This document shows positions 32,593 through 44,791 of a stretch of DNA of 44,899 nt, one piece after another. A program made the position numbers and the translations under genes. The DNA lies in contig NW_005434601.1 of the NCBI RefSeq assembly GCF_000315625.1, positions 155,988 through 200,886 of the forward strand, in the 5' to 3' direction. The notes under the pieces are model-generated. The model ran no database searches and was not told the origin of the DNA. It saw nothing but the letters and a program-made list of their open reading frames with translations. The first letter of the stretch is position 1. The number at the start of each line of letters is the position of its first letter. Origin of the DNA: Guillardia theta CCMP2712 (taxonomy: Eukaryota; Protista; Cryptophyta).

Positions 32593-33431
32593 CTTGCGAT
32601 TCCTTTGAACTGCAGTACCTAACGAAAATTTAGTCCGTTGTTTCTTGAATGAGATTCATGCATGTTTTGAAATGACATGATAGCAAACAAATGGAAGTAG
32701 AGACAGAGAAGAGAAAATGTGAATACAAAGGCAAAGCAAGGAGAAGCGAGAAGGAAGGAACGGAAACCAAGAATGTCAACGAGAAGATGGGGTCATGTGG
32801 GTCATGTGGGGAAAGCCATCGAGGAGAGTTGAGGAAAAAGAGGGAGAAGGGAAGCGAGGCTGAGAGGAATGTGGTGGCCTTGGGGGTAGGGGTGAATACA
32901 AGTAGGGGTCCTTTACACTATTTCCGCACTGTCGTAGAGGGGGTAGGTGAACACTGTTGAGGAATGTCGGAAGTAGTTGGTGCATGTGGCTTGACTTGTT
33001 CGACGGTTTGAAAATGAAAATTGAAGGGGTAGGGTGGTCAGTACTGAAGGGAAGGACCGGTGGTGGACTGACCCCAGCTGTACTTATGACAACTCGTGAA
33101 TAACCCCACCCCCGTTGTTGTTCAAGTTGTCAACATTCATCTTCACCCCTGCAGGGTTTCCAAGGTAAAATAGACCCCTGCATTCTCACCCACCCTGTGA
33201 TGAAAGAGGGACCCCAACAAGGAAACGATCCACCCCCACCCGGGTATGGTACCAAAAACAACCCCCCCCCCGGGGTCGGAAAATTTTCAAGTGTTGGGAG
33301 GAGATTGGGGGAGGGGTGATAGCACAGTCATTTCCGTGGGTATCTGTGGGATAACGGCTAGTGAAAGTATGGAAGTGGGTAGTGAAAATTATGGAAGTTT
33401 TTTTAAATTTTGGGTTTTATTTTTAAAAAAG

Positions 33432-33825
33432 TCATTGACGTTTTTGGTTCTTAAGCTGTTGATATTGACATTTCCAACACAAATCTGTATTTGTTGAAGT
33501 TTTTGCAGTGTTTGAATCTGAATCGTGTAAATCATCGGAATCTGAGTCAGAATTTGAATGTGAATCTGAATCGGAATCTGAATTTGAATCTGAATCGGAA
33601 TCTGAATTTGAATCTGAATCATCTTGTGAATTATCTTGTGAATCATCTTGTGAATCATCATGTGAATCATCTGAGTTATCTTTTGAGAAATGAGGCCACC
33701 ACCGGTCCTCAGCGGAAGGATAGCAACGGCCCGCACCTGACGCGCTAGGAAGTTTGCATGTGTAAATAATGTACTTTTAAGCACGACCTGGTACTAGGTT
33801 TGTACTGGGTTGTGCCATATAACAT
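33432..33825 (-). CDS. Putative small Ser-Asp repeat protein (not in ORF track)
   Basis: The minus frame 33743-33432 is open and reads ...DNSDDSHDDSQDDSQDNSQDDSDSNSDSDSDSNSDSDSDSHSNSDSDSDD...LCWKCQYQQLKNQKRQ*. It can be joined to ATG 33825 through a 43-nt GT-AG intron (33787-33745). Confidence 0.35.
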
Positions 33826-34155
33826 TTTTAAAGACCATACAACGGGGCACTAGCAAGCGTCCGCGAACACGCGCTGCCAACGGGCCGGGCCCCCCTCGGA
33901 ATTAAAAATTATTATCCGAGGACTCTTATTGAACTGAGTAAGGGCAGAGTCACAAGGACGAGACTGACGGACTTGACATTCAAATTGAAAACAACCTCAG
34001 ATATATACTACATTACATGCATGATGAAAGGAGAATTGCTCACTCAAAGTACGACGCTGAGTGATGCAACGCAACGCTCATGAGAGAACTTCGGCGGAAG
34101 AGTCTAGCAGCCCTTTTGCTTCCTGTAGCTGGACCGGTCGTGTTTTGCCGTTACT

Positions 34156-36835
34156 TCACGTAGGAACCTCGTCTTGTTTCCGGTACTTGACGGGAATAAG
34201 AACGTTGAGGTCTTCGTCATTGTCGGCTTCCACTCCGAGCTATCAACAGATTCATCACACCACGTCAATGATGCACAGACTGCCTGACCTGCTTGGCGAG
34301 GATGTGGAGAGCTTTGAAGAACTCGCCCTTGTCCATCTCCCTTGAATCACCATCAGCTTCAGGGCCCTGGTTGGCCTTCTTGAAGATGCTGGTGGCCTCC
34401 GTCTTGGTGACTTTCCCTTTGCTCTCCTTCCCCTTAGGCAGGATCTCCAAGAAGTCGAGGGCCTTGAACCACTGCAGAGACGGGCTGTCAGGGTCGATCG
34501 GAGGTAGCTCAGGCAACGTGACCTCGTTCATGTCCATACTCTTCGTCCGCTTCCCGACCTGGGTGCCGTCTCCAGCAGAGAACTTGATGAAGACTTGCAG
34601 CATGTTCTCAGGAGGCTGCGGCTTCTTGATCTCTCGCTTCGGCTTCGAGACGAGGTACTGCAGCTCAAGGTCAGCAGGGGCTGAGCTGGAGGAGGGCCGA
34701 CCTTTCTCTGCTTGACGACGGGCGAGGCGGGCTCGGGAGGGATGCTGGTCGCGGGCTCGAGGAAGAGGAGTTGCGTTCTGCTGTCCCTTCCCAGCTCCTT
34801 GGCGATCAGGTCCATGGCCTCCTGTTCAACACAACCTGGTCAAAGGAGCCTGAAAGCTTCGCCGGGCCCTCTTACTCTGAACTCGTCCAGGTTCATCTCA
34901 CTCGTGTCGTCGTCCTTGGCGCTCGATTTGTTCGCCTTCTTGAAGACGTTCGCCTGCCCCGCGTCAACCGACTTTGACAACCACGTTCCTCCAAAACAAC
35001 CGCCACAGTCTTGCTGAGGTGTCCGACTCCGCCTTTCTCGCGTGGAACGATCCGCATATCGGCCAGCATGTTGGTGAATTCCTGCCGAACATGCTCTTAC
35101 AAGGAGAACAGTCTCCTTGCTGCACGCTCTTACCAAGAAGTCCATGGAAGTTGATCTTTTGCCCTGCCCAGAGAAGCCGGTTCCAGAAGAGCAGAACTGG
35201 ATAAACAGCTACGAAAGGCACTCAGTCATGAGGAGCGATCTAGGTTGGATATCGTACGTTGTCGAGCTCTTGGAGAGCTCTCTCTAGGCTGAAGGACTCT
35301 GGCAGGTTCAGAGCACTCTCCCGCGCCTCCTTCTCCTCCGCTTCCCTCTTCCTCCTCTCCGCGTCCTCCTTCTCCTGGAGCGCTACTCTCCTCTGCTCGA
35401 GAATCCTGCACGACCTTAGCGAGGCTTCTGCTGTCAGCCCGCAACATGAGCACTCACCTCTCTCCGAACTCCCTAGTCTTCTTCTCCTGCTCCTGCCTCC
35501 ACGTCGGGATCCGCAGGTTGATGCCTACCGCGTGCGCGTTGATGAGCAGGGAGTATAAAGTCTTGTTCTGCTGGAAGACGACTTCCAGAAGCTTCTCTTG
35601 TCCTTCCTTGTCGATGGTGTTCTTGTCGAGGTCCAGCACTTGTAACGAGGTGTTGCTCTGCAGTGCCTCGGCCAGGCTGATGGCGCCGGAGGAGGTGATG
35701 CCGTTGGAGCTGAGCCGGAGCTCTTTCAAGAAAGCGTTCCTCTTCAAGGCGTTAGCAAACGCCGAGGCTCCCCTGGACCACAACATCAGTCATCGGGCCC
35801 GGGCGCCAGCGCAAGGCTGAAAACTCACCCGTCCTCTATCCAGTTGACACTGAGATCAAGACGAGCAAGGGACTGGTTGAGGATGACGGCTGAGGCGAGC
35901 ATCTTCGCGCCTTGCTCGCCAATCATGTTGCTGGAGAGGTCAAGGTGCTTGAGCGACTTGTTGAAGGTCCGCAGAGACGTGCCGAGCTGTGTGGCAGCAG
36001 CGTCGCCCAGAAGGTTGTCAGCAAGGGAAAGGCTTGTGATGTAGTTGAGTTTGGCGTTGAGGCCTCGCTGACAAAACTGGACCACAGGTTCATCTTTCAG
36101 CGAGTTGGAGTTGAGATTCAATCGTGTCAGGGTAGAGTGTCCGACGAAGAGGCGAGTCAAAGTCTCCGTGGTGCTGCCCTTCACCATGGATGGAGTGAAG
36201 CAAGACTTCAACGTGACTCCTTCGACCTGCTTTGCTGAAGATACAGTGGAAGCGAGGAGGTCGCAGAGGTATTCTTCCATGAGGGTATATTCTAGCGAAA
36301 CGTTCTTCCCCAGGCCTGACTGGACTGCTTCGCAGATCGAGCCCCAGATCTTCCTCCCGAACTTTGCTCGGACGATCTTAATAGACCGCAGGCTCGTCTG
36401 CTGCAGCAGCCGAATATTCTCCTTCACCTCTTTCTCATCCAGAGTGATACCGATGAGAACCAGGTTGAACGCTTGCTGCTCAAGTCCCGCCAGCGCAATA
36501 GCAAGTTCCTTCACCTGCACCTCGCAGTCCTGCGCGAAGACGCAGCAGAAGTTCACCTCCTCCACCGCTCTCCTCCTCACCCTCAGCCCAACTTGGATCT
36601 CGCTAGGACTCAACGGAAAATCCTCAAGCGGCACTCGCTGGGCCTCGACGTCCTCCAGCTGTTGCCTCCGCTGTTCGGCAGCTCGTCCCTTGAACTTCTT
36701 GATGGGTCCCACGTACTGGAGGAGGAGAGACGCTGCTGAGGCTCGAGGAGGAGGATGAGAAGTCTCCGATAGGCTATGAAAGGCATTGGATCTCGCCTCT
36801 CGCGGAGCAGAACTCTCCTCCACGAACTTCAACAT
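34156..36835 (-). CDS. RNI-like leucine-rich-repeat protein with two C-terminal p25alpha/TPPP-like (EF-hand-like) helical domains
   Basis: LRRs: LTRLNLNSNSL, ITSLSLADNLLGD, LKHLDLSSNMIGEQGA, LARLDLSVNWI, LKELRLSSNGITSSGA, LQVLDLDKNTI. C-terminal LQVFIKFSAGDG..KSMDMNE..WFKALDFLEI..KVTKTEATSIFKKAN..REMDKGEFFKALHILAKQ, with a similar upstream copy (VDAGQANVFKKANK..EMNLDEF). Last exon ends ...KQDEVPT* at 34156. Confidence 0.75.
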
Positions 36836-37293
36836 GCGAGGGGAGCACGAGACAGACCAGGAGGGAGGGAAGGCTGGACGGAAACTAGGTGGAGGACGAC
36901 AAGGGTGAGCAGGATGGTGAAGAAAAGAAAAGGAGAAGCAGGACGAGGGGGAGAAAGAGAAGTTGGGTCAGAAGGAAAGATGAATGTCAGATGATGAAGG
37001 GAAGGAATGGGGAGGAGCAGGAGGAGCAGGAGAAGCAGGAGGGAAAGGATAGCAGGAGGAGAAGAGAAGAACGACTGAGCAAGAACCAGCACAAGAGGAG
37101 GAAGACGAGGAGTTGGAACGGGAAGGAGAAGCGAGAGCAGGAGAAAGGTATAGATCGGAGTGCTTGACAAGCCTTCAACGGCTGGTTCTGTTGACCCTCA
37201 CCCCCACCCCCTGTTTATGCGAATTACTCCCCTTCTATTTACAATGATTGAATAATAAAGCGGGTCATAGCAAGGAGGGTCAACGGTGCAGGT

Positions 37294-38852
37294 CTACTCT
37301 TCAATGTCTTCTTCTGCATATTGCCGGATGGATCGCGGGAGCTTCTTGATGTCTTTGATCTTCCCGTCGATCGCCTTGTCGATCAGTTTGGCTTTCAGCC
37401 TCTCCTTCGCCTCCTCGTCGAAGATCCTCGCTCTGATCTCCTCCTGTCTCCCGCGTCAGGAAGTCCGCAAGGGTGCAACCTAGCTGCTGGGGTACCTTGA
37501 GCTTGTAGCAGTTCTTGTCATTTGTCAGCTGCATCCAGTGCAATGGAGGAATGCCTTGAGACCGAGTCAGCTTCTACATGGCAGCCTCCCTCCCTCCTAC
37601 CTCCGTATTCCTCGAAGATCTTCGTCGGCGGTTTCTCACGCTTTTGGTTCTTCACAGTTTCAGCAGCATCTTGGCAAGCAATCAGCATCCAACATAAACT
37701 TTGTCAATCATCACCCAGGTCCGGAGCGAAGTCATATCCCCCATATCTCCTGATCATATTTGCAGCCTGAGCAACTTTAGCGATCCGACAGCAGCACGAC
37801 AGACTGCAACACCTCGATGCATCCTGGGTTGCCCTCATGGTTCAGCTCAGCCGTCTGGATAGCAGAGTATCCTTCCTTGTTACTCGCCTTGAAGTCAACG
37901 CCGAGTAAAATCAGCTTCTCCACGAGCCGCGGGAACCTGCGCACTGTAGCATCACCATCTTCACTCCACCGCCGCTGCACTTGCCCTCGAACAGCAGCAT
38001 AGTGCACGGGTGTTTCTTCGAAGACATCTCGCACGTCGAGACGAGCTCCATGAGATACAAGGCAATCTACAAGTTTCATCTTCTTGTCTTCGATGTCTGC
38101 CGCGGTATCGTTGGTGAGGAAGTTTGGATAAGCTGTACAGGACGATCAGTGGGAGCTTCGAACCAAGAAGTATCACCTGAAGCTGGCATGCCAGCGCAGC
38201 AATGGAATATCGCCGTTGCCGCCATCCCATCATCAAGGTCCACGGCATTCACTTGAGCTCCCTTTACAAGCACATCGTTGGCTCTATCTACATCATGCTC
38301 TTCGCACGCGTCCCAAAACTCCCTGTTCAACGCCTGGATCTCGGGGTCATCCTTCTCGAGCTCCATGTCATCGGTGATGTGTAACGGTTCAGAGTAGTGC
38401 TTGATGGGATAGTGTGCCGAATACCCTGGATGCAGCAGCGGCCATTCATCGTCTTCCACCATGCAGGCGAGATCCCGGTCCATCTCGAGCTGCCGTTGTT
38501 TCTCCATCTCTCTGAGCGTGTGCTCGCGATCCGGAGCATCTCTATCGTCAAAGTCCTTTGCTCCTGTTGCTGTTCCGTTGGGGTAAAAAAAATCGATGAC
38601 CTCCTCGCCTCCTCGCACGCGCAGCAAGGAGGAGCTCGGTGAAGGAGCTTTCAGGCCGAGAAGAATCGATTGGTGGGGATGGAAAGGTAACTGCCGTTGT
38701 ACTGAGGAGGAAGTCTGAGCAAGGATCAGAAGGAAGAGTGCGGTGAGAAGAGGAGGAGGAAGAGGAGCCCGGGGAGGAGAGGTATGAGAAACGCGGGTAG
38801 CGCGACGTGGTTTGGTCCTGCCCATTGCGACTAATGCGGGCCAAAGGAACAT
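37294..38852 (-). CDS. Ankyrin-repeat protein with N-terminal signal-like hydrophobic stretch
   Basis: LVKGAQVNAVD..ATAIFHCCAG, LVSHGARLDVRDVFEETPVHYAAVRG, LILLGVDFKASNKEGYSAIQTAE. Leader LLTALFLLILAQTSS...LLRVRGG. Last exon ...IRQYAEEDIEE* (stop 37294). Confidence 0.85.
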
Positions 38853-39274
38853 GTTTTACAAAAGCGAGCCAACCCCTCATCAATAAGTTATCAGCGAGGC
38901 AGGCTTGCTGAAAAGTTGATTCAGGGGGTGGGGGTGATATGAGTAGGGGGTTATCTTCAGTGATTTAAGCTAATAATTGAGGTGGTAGGGTGAATGATGA
39001 GTCCGGGGTAGGGTCAGGCGTTGGCGAGAGAAAATGCCCGACCGTTGCCCGGCATGTTGGAGGGGAGGAGGCTAGCAGCCGCTCTTCCTCCCCCCTCCTC
39101 TCCCTCCTCCTCCCTCCCTCTCTCCCTCTCTTTTCTCGTTGAACACTTCCAGCTCCACCAACCTCTCTCTGCCTCTGCTCCTCCACTCCACCCTCCTGCC
39201 CTTCTTCTGTCTTGCAATTTCCAACCACACCAGTCTTTCCTCTAAGATCAATTTCTTCTTCCGTTGGCAACATC

Positions 39275-42200
39275 ATGGATTCAGACAAGATAGACCAGAT
39301 CGAATGGGATCCAGAATGGGAGGAAGATGGTGACTTTCTTCTAGCGAATCTCCCTTGCTGATGAATTTTCTATCAGATGCCTCGAATGCTGCAGCATATC
39401 AGGTTTGCTCGCTGCATGGCTGCTCACAATATACATGAGTTAACATCAAAATACACAGCAAGAAGAAGCCTTGGACTCAAGCACACGATACTTTGTCAAT
39501 CTAGGAACGACGTCCTCTCTGCTCCAACTCAAGGTGAGCTGAAGGGTATGGGAAGGGGGAAAGGGTGACGTGGGGACAGGGCTCGCTTGCCTCCATCCTT
39601 GCTGCTCCTCCATCGACCGACCTTTATGCTGCTCTGATCAACAAGCTCGAGAAGGCCGTGCCTGAGGTTGATGCGGACCTGGATGGGCTGAGATGAACAT
39701 GCTAGCAGGAGGACAGGGAAGACTTCGCTGCGCTGCTCATTCAGAAGGCATGGAGGAATGTGCGAGCAAGGCGGAAGGTGGGACAGAGTTCTACTCCTCC
39801 TCCTCCTCTGCTGACCTTGCTCCTGCAGGCCAAGGCAGACAGGCTCGCAAGGAGGCTGGCGAGCATCATGTTACTGCAGTCGACGTACAGGTAACATGTT
39901 TGGTGTGTGGCGGTGAAAGGCTGACATGGGACAGGGGTCATCTAGCTCGACGATTCGTCCTGCACCTCAACAAGGTAGGAAACATTTCCCGCAGGAGAGG
40001 AAGTGACGCCTGCTGGGCAGGCGGCAGCTCGGATACAGGGACTGGCACGGGGACACTCGACGAGGAAGCGATTGAAAGCTGAGAAGCGGAAGAACTGCGC
40101 GGTGTGGCCTCCCTTCTGCAACGAAGATAGAGAGAGTAGAAGAGGAGGGAGCAAGAGGATAGCAGGGAGAGGGAGGAATTGGGAGGAGCCTGATATTTCT
40201 GCCTGATATTTCTGTGCAGAGGAAGATTCAGCGATGGTTTCGAGCCTGCATCACTCGCGACATCATGTTCCGCATGAAGAGGGAGCAGGGAGCTACTTGT
40301 CTCCAGCGCGTGTACCGCGGGCATCTGGGCAGGAAGAGCTGGAGGTTCCGACAGCAGACGCTAGCGGCCAACGCCGTCCAGCGGTGCGTCAGAGGGCACG
40401 AAGGGCGCAAGTCAGCGCGGGCTGAGATGCAGAGGTTGGCGATAGCGCGGCAGAAGAGGATGGAGAGGGCGGCTCTCAAGTTCCAGGCGATCTATCGGGG
40501 GTTCACATGCAGGAAGTGGATCAGGAGGAGGATGCCTGCGCTGGTCCTTGCTCGGAGGATCCGCATGGTGCTGCGGCTGCAGAGGGCGTTCCGAGGGTAC
40601 AGGGGGCGGCTGGCGTACAGGATGGCCCTGCAGCTGCAGCAGATGGACGTGAAGAGTGCTGCGCTGATTCCGTTGCAAGCTCTTGCTAGGGGGCACATCA
40701 TCAGACAGAGGCTGAGGGATGAGGCGGAGCGCGTCATGGCGGAGGAGGCAGCAAGCCTTGCCTCCTCCCTCCTCCTCTTTCGGCAGAACAGAAGCGCTCG
40801 CATCATTCAGTTGGGATGGCGAGCATGGACGGCCTTCAAGTACGAGTGGGCAATGAACAGGTTTGCCAGCAGGATACAGATCTGGTTCAGGGTGAGGAGG
40901 ATGAGCTCGTTAGGAAGGATGCAGAGGAGGAAGATATTCCAGTCAGCCACGAAGATCCAGAGCGTGTGCATGGGTCACAGAGGAAGGAATATCTTCAGGG
41001 AATTCAAGAGGACCAAGTTCGCCACCCGCATCCAGGCGACTTTCCGCGGGCATCGGGAGAGGGTTGTGGCATTCCAACTGCTGCGGGAGGCGAGAGAGCA
41101 GGCGAGGAGGGAGAGGGAGAGGCGGCAGAGGGAGCTGGAGGAAGAGCGGCGGCAGTTGGCGATCATCGCACAGTCTAATCGAGGACAGATTGAAGTTTTC
41201 GTGCAGGAGCCAACTCAGAGTGGTCTGTCCTCCCTCTACTCCACTTGTCTTTCTCCTCCCTTCCTCTTCCCTTCCTTTGATTCCTTTACCCATCCCTTCC
41301 CATCCCATCCCATCCCATCCCATCCCATCCCATCCCATCCCTTCCCTTCCTTCCCTTCCCTTCCCTTCTACTCTACTCTGATTCCATCCCCCCTCTCTCC
41401 CTCCCAGCTCAGCTCACCTTTCTTCAGATGCGTCCTACCGACCAGCGCAGATAGTCCCTGGGTACATGAAAGTCATAGCCGAGCAGGAGGAGCGGGTCAG
41501 GAGACCAACAGTGAGCAACGCCGTGCTGCGAGGGGTAACGGTAAAGTCAAACCTTTCTGAGGTCAGGGCAGCGGGCAAGCTACAGGTAAAGGAGAACCTC
41601 CTCCTCCCCCTCCCCCTTTCACCTTCTTTTCCCTCCTCCCTCTCCTAACTCCTCACTGCAACTTCCATCCTTTCCTCTCCTTTGCTTGTATGCAACTCCT
41701 CTTCCTTCATTTCCATGTATCAACTCTCCTCCTGCCCCTTCGCTCCCCTCTCCTCCCTCCTCTTCCCCTCTCCTCCCTCCTCTTGCCCTCTCCTCCCTTT
41801 TTCTTCCTCTCTCCTCCCTCCTCTTCCCCTCTCCTCCCTCCTCTTCCCCTCTCCTCCCCTCTTCTCTCCTCCCCTCTTCTCTCTTGCTGTCCTACATGTT
41901 CATCCTCGTGCTTGCAGGCGAAGAGCGACGATTTCGGGTGGCAGTCCGTGGATCCTTCGGTTGATCCTTACGAGGGTCTCGACCTACACGACCAGGTTCT
42001 CCTCCTCCTCTCCTCCTGCCCTCCCGTACCTCCTGCCCTTTCTCATATTTCTCCTCTCCCCTCTCCTTCTCCCTTGCTCTCTTGTCCCTGTCCCTCCCTC
42101 TTCCTCTTCCTCTTTCTCCTCTTCCTCTTCCTCCTCAACTCACTTCCTTTCCCCCTTCAGTATTCTAGCGAGGACGAGGCAGACGCTCAATCGCGGGAGT

Positions 42201-43398
42201 GACTCTGATGAGGAAGACGGTCGGGCGAACAGACGCCTTCACCCTTGGCAGCATCAAGGCTTCCGCATCCACCGAGAACTTGCCGCAGATCGCTCCCTCC
42301 TACCTCAAGAGATATCTGGAGGCGACAGAGGAGATGCGGGGGAGGCTGAGCAGTACGGTGCCGAAAGGTCAGCCTCCGAACCTGTCCCCCCTCTCTATCC
42401 CTGACCTCGCTCCTGTCCTTTCATACCTTCCCTCCGTCTCTCCTCTCCTCTTCTCCCTTCCTCCCCCCTCCCTCAACTCTTCTCCTCTCTCCTGTCCTTT
42501 TTTCCGATTCCGTTGAGCCCAAAACGCCTGCAGAGTTCAAGCTGGCCTACTCGGAGGAGAACGAGGAGGAAGAAGAGCCAAGGAGGAAGGACCGCTCGCT
42601 GTCTCCGAGGCAGGTTGCAGGGATCTTGACCAGCAGCTGACGTGGCGAGCAGGGACCAACAGCTCACCCCAGCTGAGGTCGTGCACAGGCAGCGGGTCCG
42701 CAGACTGGACGAGAAGATGAAGAGCTTCCGGAGGGCTGCTGGGAATCTGCAGGGGACGGCGAAGGGGAGAGAGCAACCAGATGTCAAGACTTCCACTCCT
42801 TTCTATGAGGTCTATAGCCAGGTGAACCGAAAGCTCCTCCTACTGCCTTCCCTGACCCTCCCCCTCCCTCTGCCTGCTTAACCGGCCCCTTCCTCTCCCT
42901 GTAGTGACCCTTCCTCTCCCTATACTGCCCCCTGCCTCTGCTCTATTCCTACCCCTGTTGTTTCATGTATTAGCCCCTTGCCGTGACAAGTTGGTTGAAC
43001 TTGCGTACTGACATCTTGCTTTCTTTCTTCTTGACTTTCTCTCTCCTCTTCTGTCCTCCTTTCCCTTCTCTCTCCTCTTCTGTCCTCCTTTCCCTTCTCT
43101 CTCCTCTTCTGTCCTCCTTTCCCTTCTCTCTCCTCTCCTGTCCTCCTTTCCCTTCTCTCTCCTCTTCTGTCCTCCTTTCCCTTCTCTCTCCTCTTCTGTC
43201 CTCCTTTCCCTTCTCTCTCCTCTCCTGTCCTCCTTTCCCTTCTCTCTCCTCTCCTGTCCTCCTTTCCCTTCTCTCTCCTCTCCTGTCCTCCTTTCCCTTA
43301 CCCTCCAGGAGCTGGTGGCCAACAAGCAAATCCGTCAGCGCTTCAAGCTCGACAAACTTTCTCTGTCTCGACGAGGAGCTGGCGAGACGAACACTTAG
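39275..43398 (+). CDS. Multi-IQ-motif (calmodulin-binding) protein; multi-exon
   Basis: At least 8 IQ motifs in exon 40214-41200 (IQRWFRAC, LQRVYRGHLGRK, VQRCVRGHEGRK, FQAIYRGFTCRK, LQRAFRGYRGR, LQALARGHIIRQ, IQSVCMGHRGR, IQATFRGHRER). First exon MDSDKIDQIEW; last exon ELVANKQIRQRFKLDKL...TNT*. Outer boundaries inferred. Confidence 0.8.
43035..43295. repeat. 29-bp intronic minisatellite (ttcccttctctctcctcttctgtcctcct)n, ~9 copies
   Basis: Period of 29 nt visible directly; lies in the last intron of the IQ gene. Confidence 0.9.
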
Positions 43399-43644
43399 GG
43401 ATGTATATATGTCATGAGGAGCAGGAGCTGGAACGGGGATGATGGAAAGAGAGGAGGAGAACGAGCTGGCGCCGGGAGCGCTCAAGGAGCAGGAGGAGCA
43501 GGATCAGGGGTGTAAAAATGTACATGAAGCTGTTAAATTAAAGGTTTGAGGCTCTTCCTCCTCCTCTTCTTCCTCCTCCTATGCCTCTGGGACGTATCCC
43601 TTTCCTAGTCATCCCATCCATTGACCCGAACCTCCTCCTCCCTC

Positions 43645-44700
43645 CTACAGCGGCGTCTGAGCATCCCATCCATCGGGAGAGCTTCGTCCTCCTCTAACCT
43701 GCCCTCTCACCCCAGCACCAGCCCCAGCTCCTGTTTCCCCTTCTCCTGTTCTCCCTTTAGGCCCTGCACTCGCTCCTCTTTGCTTGCCCACGCGCGTCTC
43801 TTTGCGGGATGTCGTCACTCCGTGCACGAACTTGTCCTCTCCCCTGCTCTCTCCCCTGCTCGCGGGCTGCCTGCCATGCTCCTCCTGTTGGGCAAGCGGC
43901 GACTCGACCTACGAGTTGGTGAGGGAAGCAATACAAGAGGGAGGAGGAAAGGAGAGAACAATTTGAACATAAGGACGAAGAGAGCAAGGTAGGCAACGGA
44001 GAGAACCACAGTAAGCAAGATAAAGTCGAGGAGGAACGAGAGGAGGACGAGGAGGATACCTGGTTCAATGCCAGCTCAGCTTCAGATTTCGTGGATCTGT
44101 TGAGAAACGGTCAAAGTTTTGACAACTACAGCTGGGAAGCATGGCAGACCCGATATGCACGTGTTTCCTTCCTCGGTAGGGGGGGATCGGGTTAGAGAGT
44201 TTGAGCAAGGCAACCCTCTGTAGCGCAATGAGATTCAGAAACACACGTGGGAGGAGGAAGTGATGGAAATGGAGATGGAGATGGAACAAAGAGGAGGAGG
44301 AGGAGGAGGAGGAGGAGGAGGAGGAGGAGGAGGAGGAGGAGGAGGAGGAGGAGAGATGTTGGAGGAGGACCAAGGAGCAAAAGAGAGAAGAAGAAGAAGG
44401 AAGCAGGAGTGAGGCGGAGGGGAATCATGTAGGAGCAGTAGGAGGGAGCAGTAACAGAGTGGAGGGGAGGGAGCTCAGGGAGGTGGGAGAAAGAGGCTCA
44501 CCCGCTGAGCGAGCAACTTCTTCTTGAGGTTGATCCTCTCGAGCTCGACCTTCTCCATGTGGGAGGAGACGAGATTCATGGAGGAGGCGAACGACAGGGA
44601 GAAGACTCGGTTCTCCTCCACCCTCCCTCCCTCCCTCGCTGACCTCAGCCGCTGCCTCTTCTTCTCTATCTCACCAGCCTGAGCCGCCTGCGGTCAAGTG
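43645..44700 (-). CDS. 3' part of a hypothetical multi-exon gene, continuing beyond the window
   Basis: Exon-like fragments (ENRVFSLSFASSMNLVSSHMEKVELERINLKKKLLAQR; RVALLKLSNPIP; LVGRVAACPTGGAWQAAREQ) flanked by GT/AG and CCT-repeat introns. Confidence 0.4.
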
Positions 44701-44791
44701 AGGAAGATGCAGAAAGAAGGCAGAGGAAGAGCAGGAGGAGACGGAGAACACAGCACGCATAGGAGAAGGCGCATGGAGAAAAGTGGAAGGA

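Noticed and set aside
26783-32608. Numerous + strand ORFs overlapping the giant gene
   Set aside because: Antisense shadows caused by GC-rich codon usage.
33389-33784. ORF-track proteins (IQ)n, (NL)n and (ES)n
   Set aside because: Alternative frames of the tgaatc repeat; only the Ser-Asp frame shows synonymous-type variation.
42963-43485. E/R/K/G-rich repeat ORFs, or a CRISPR-like 29-bp array
   Set aside because: Head-to-tail intronic minisatellite with no unique spacers and no cas genes; eukaryotic context.
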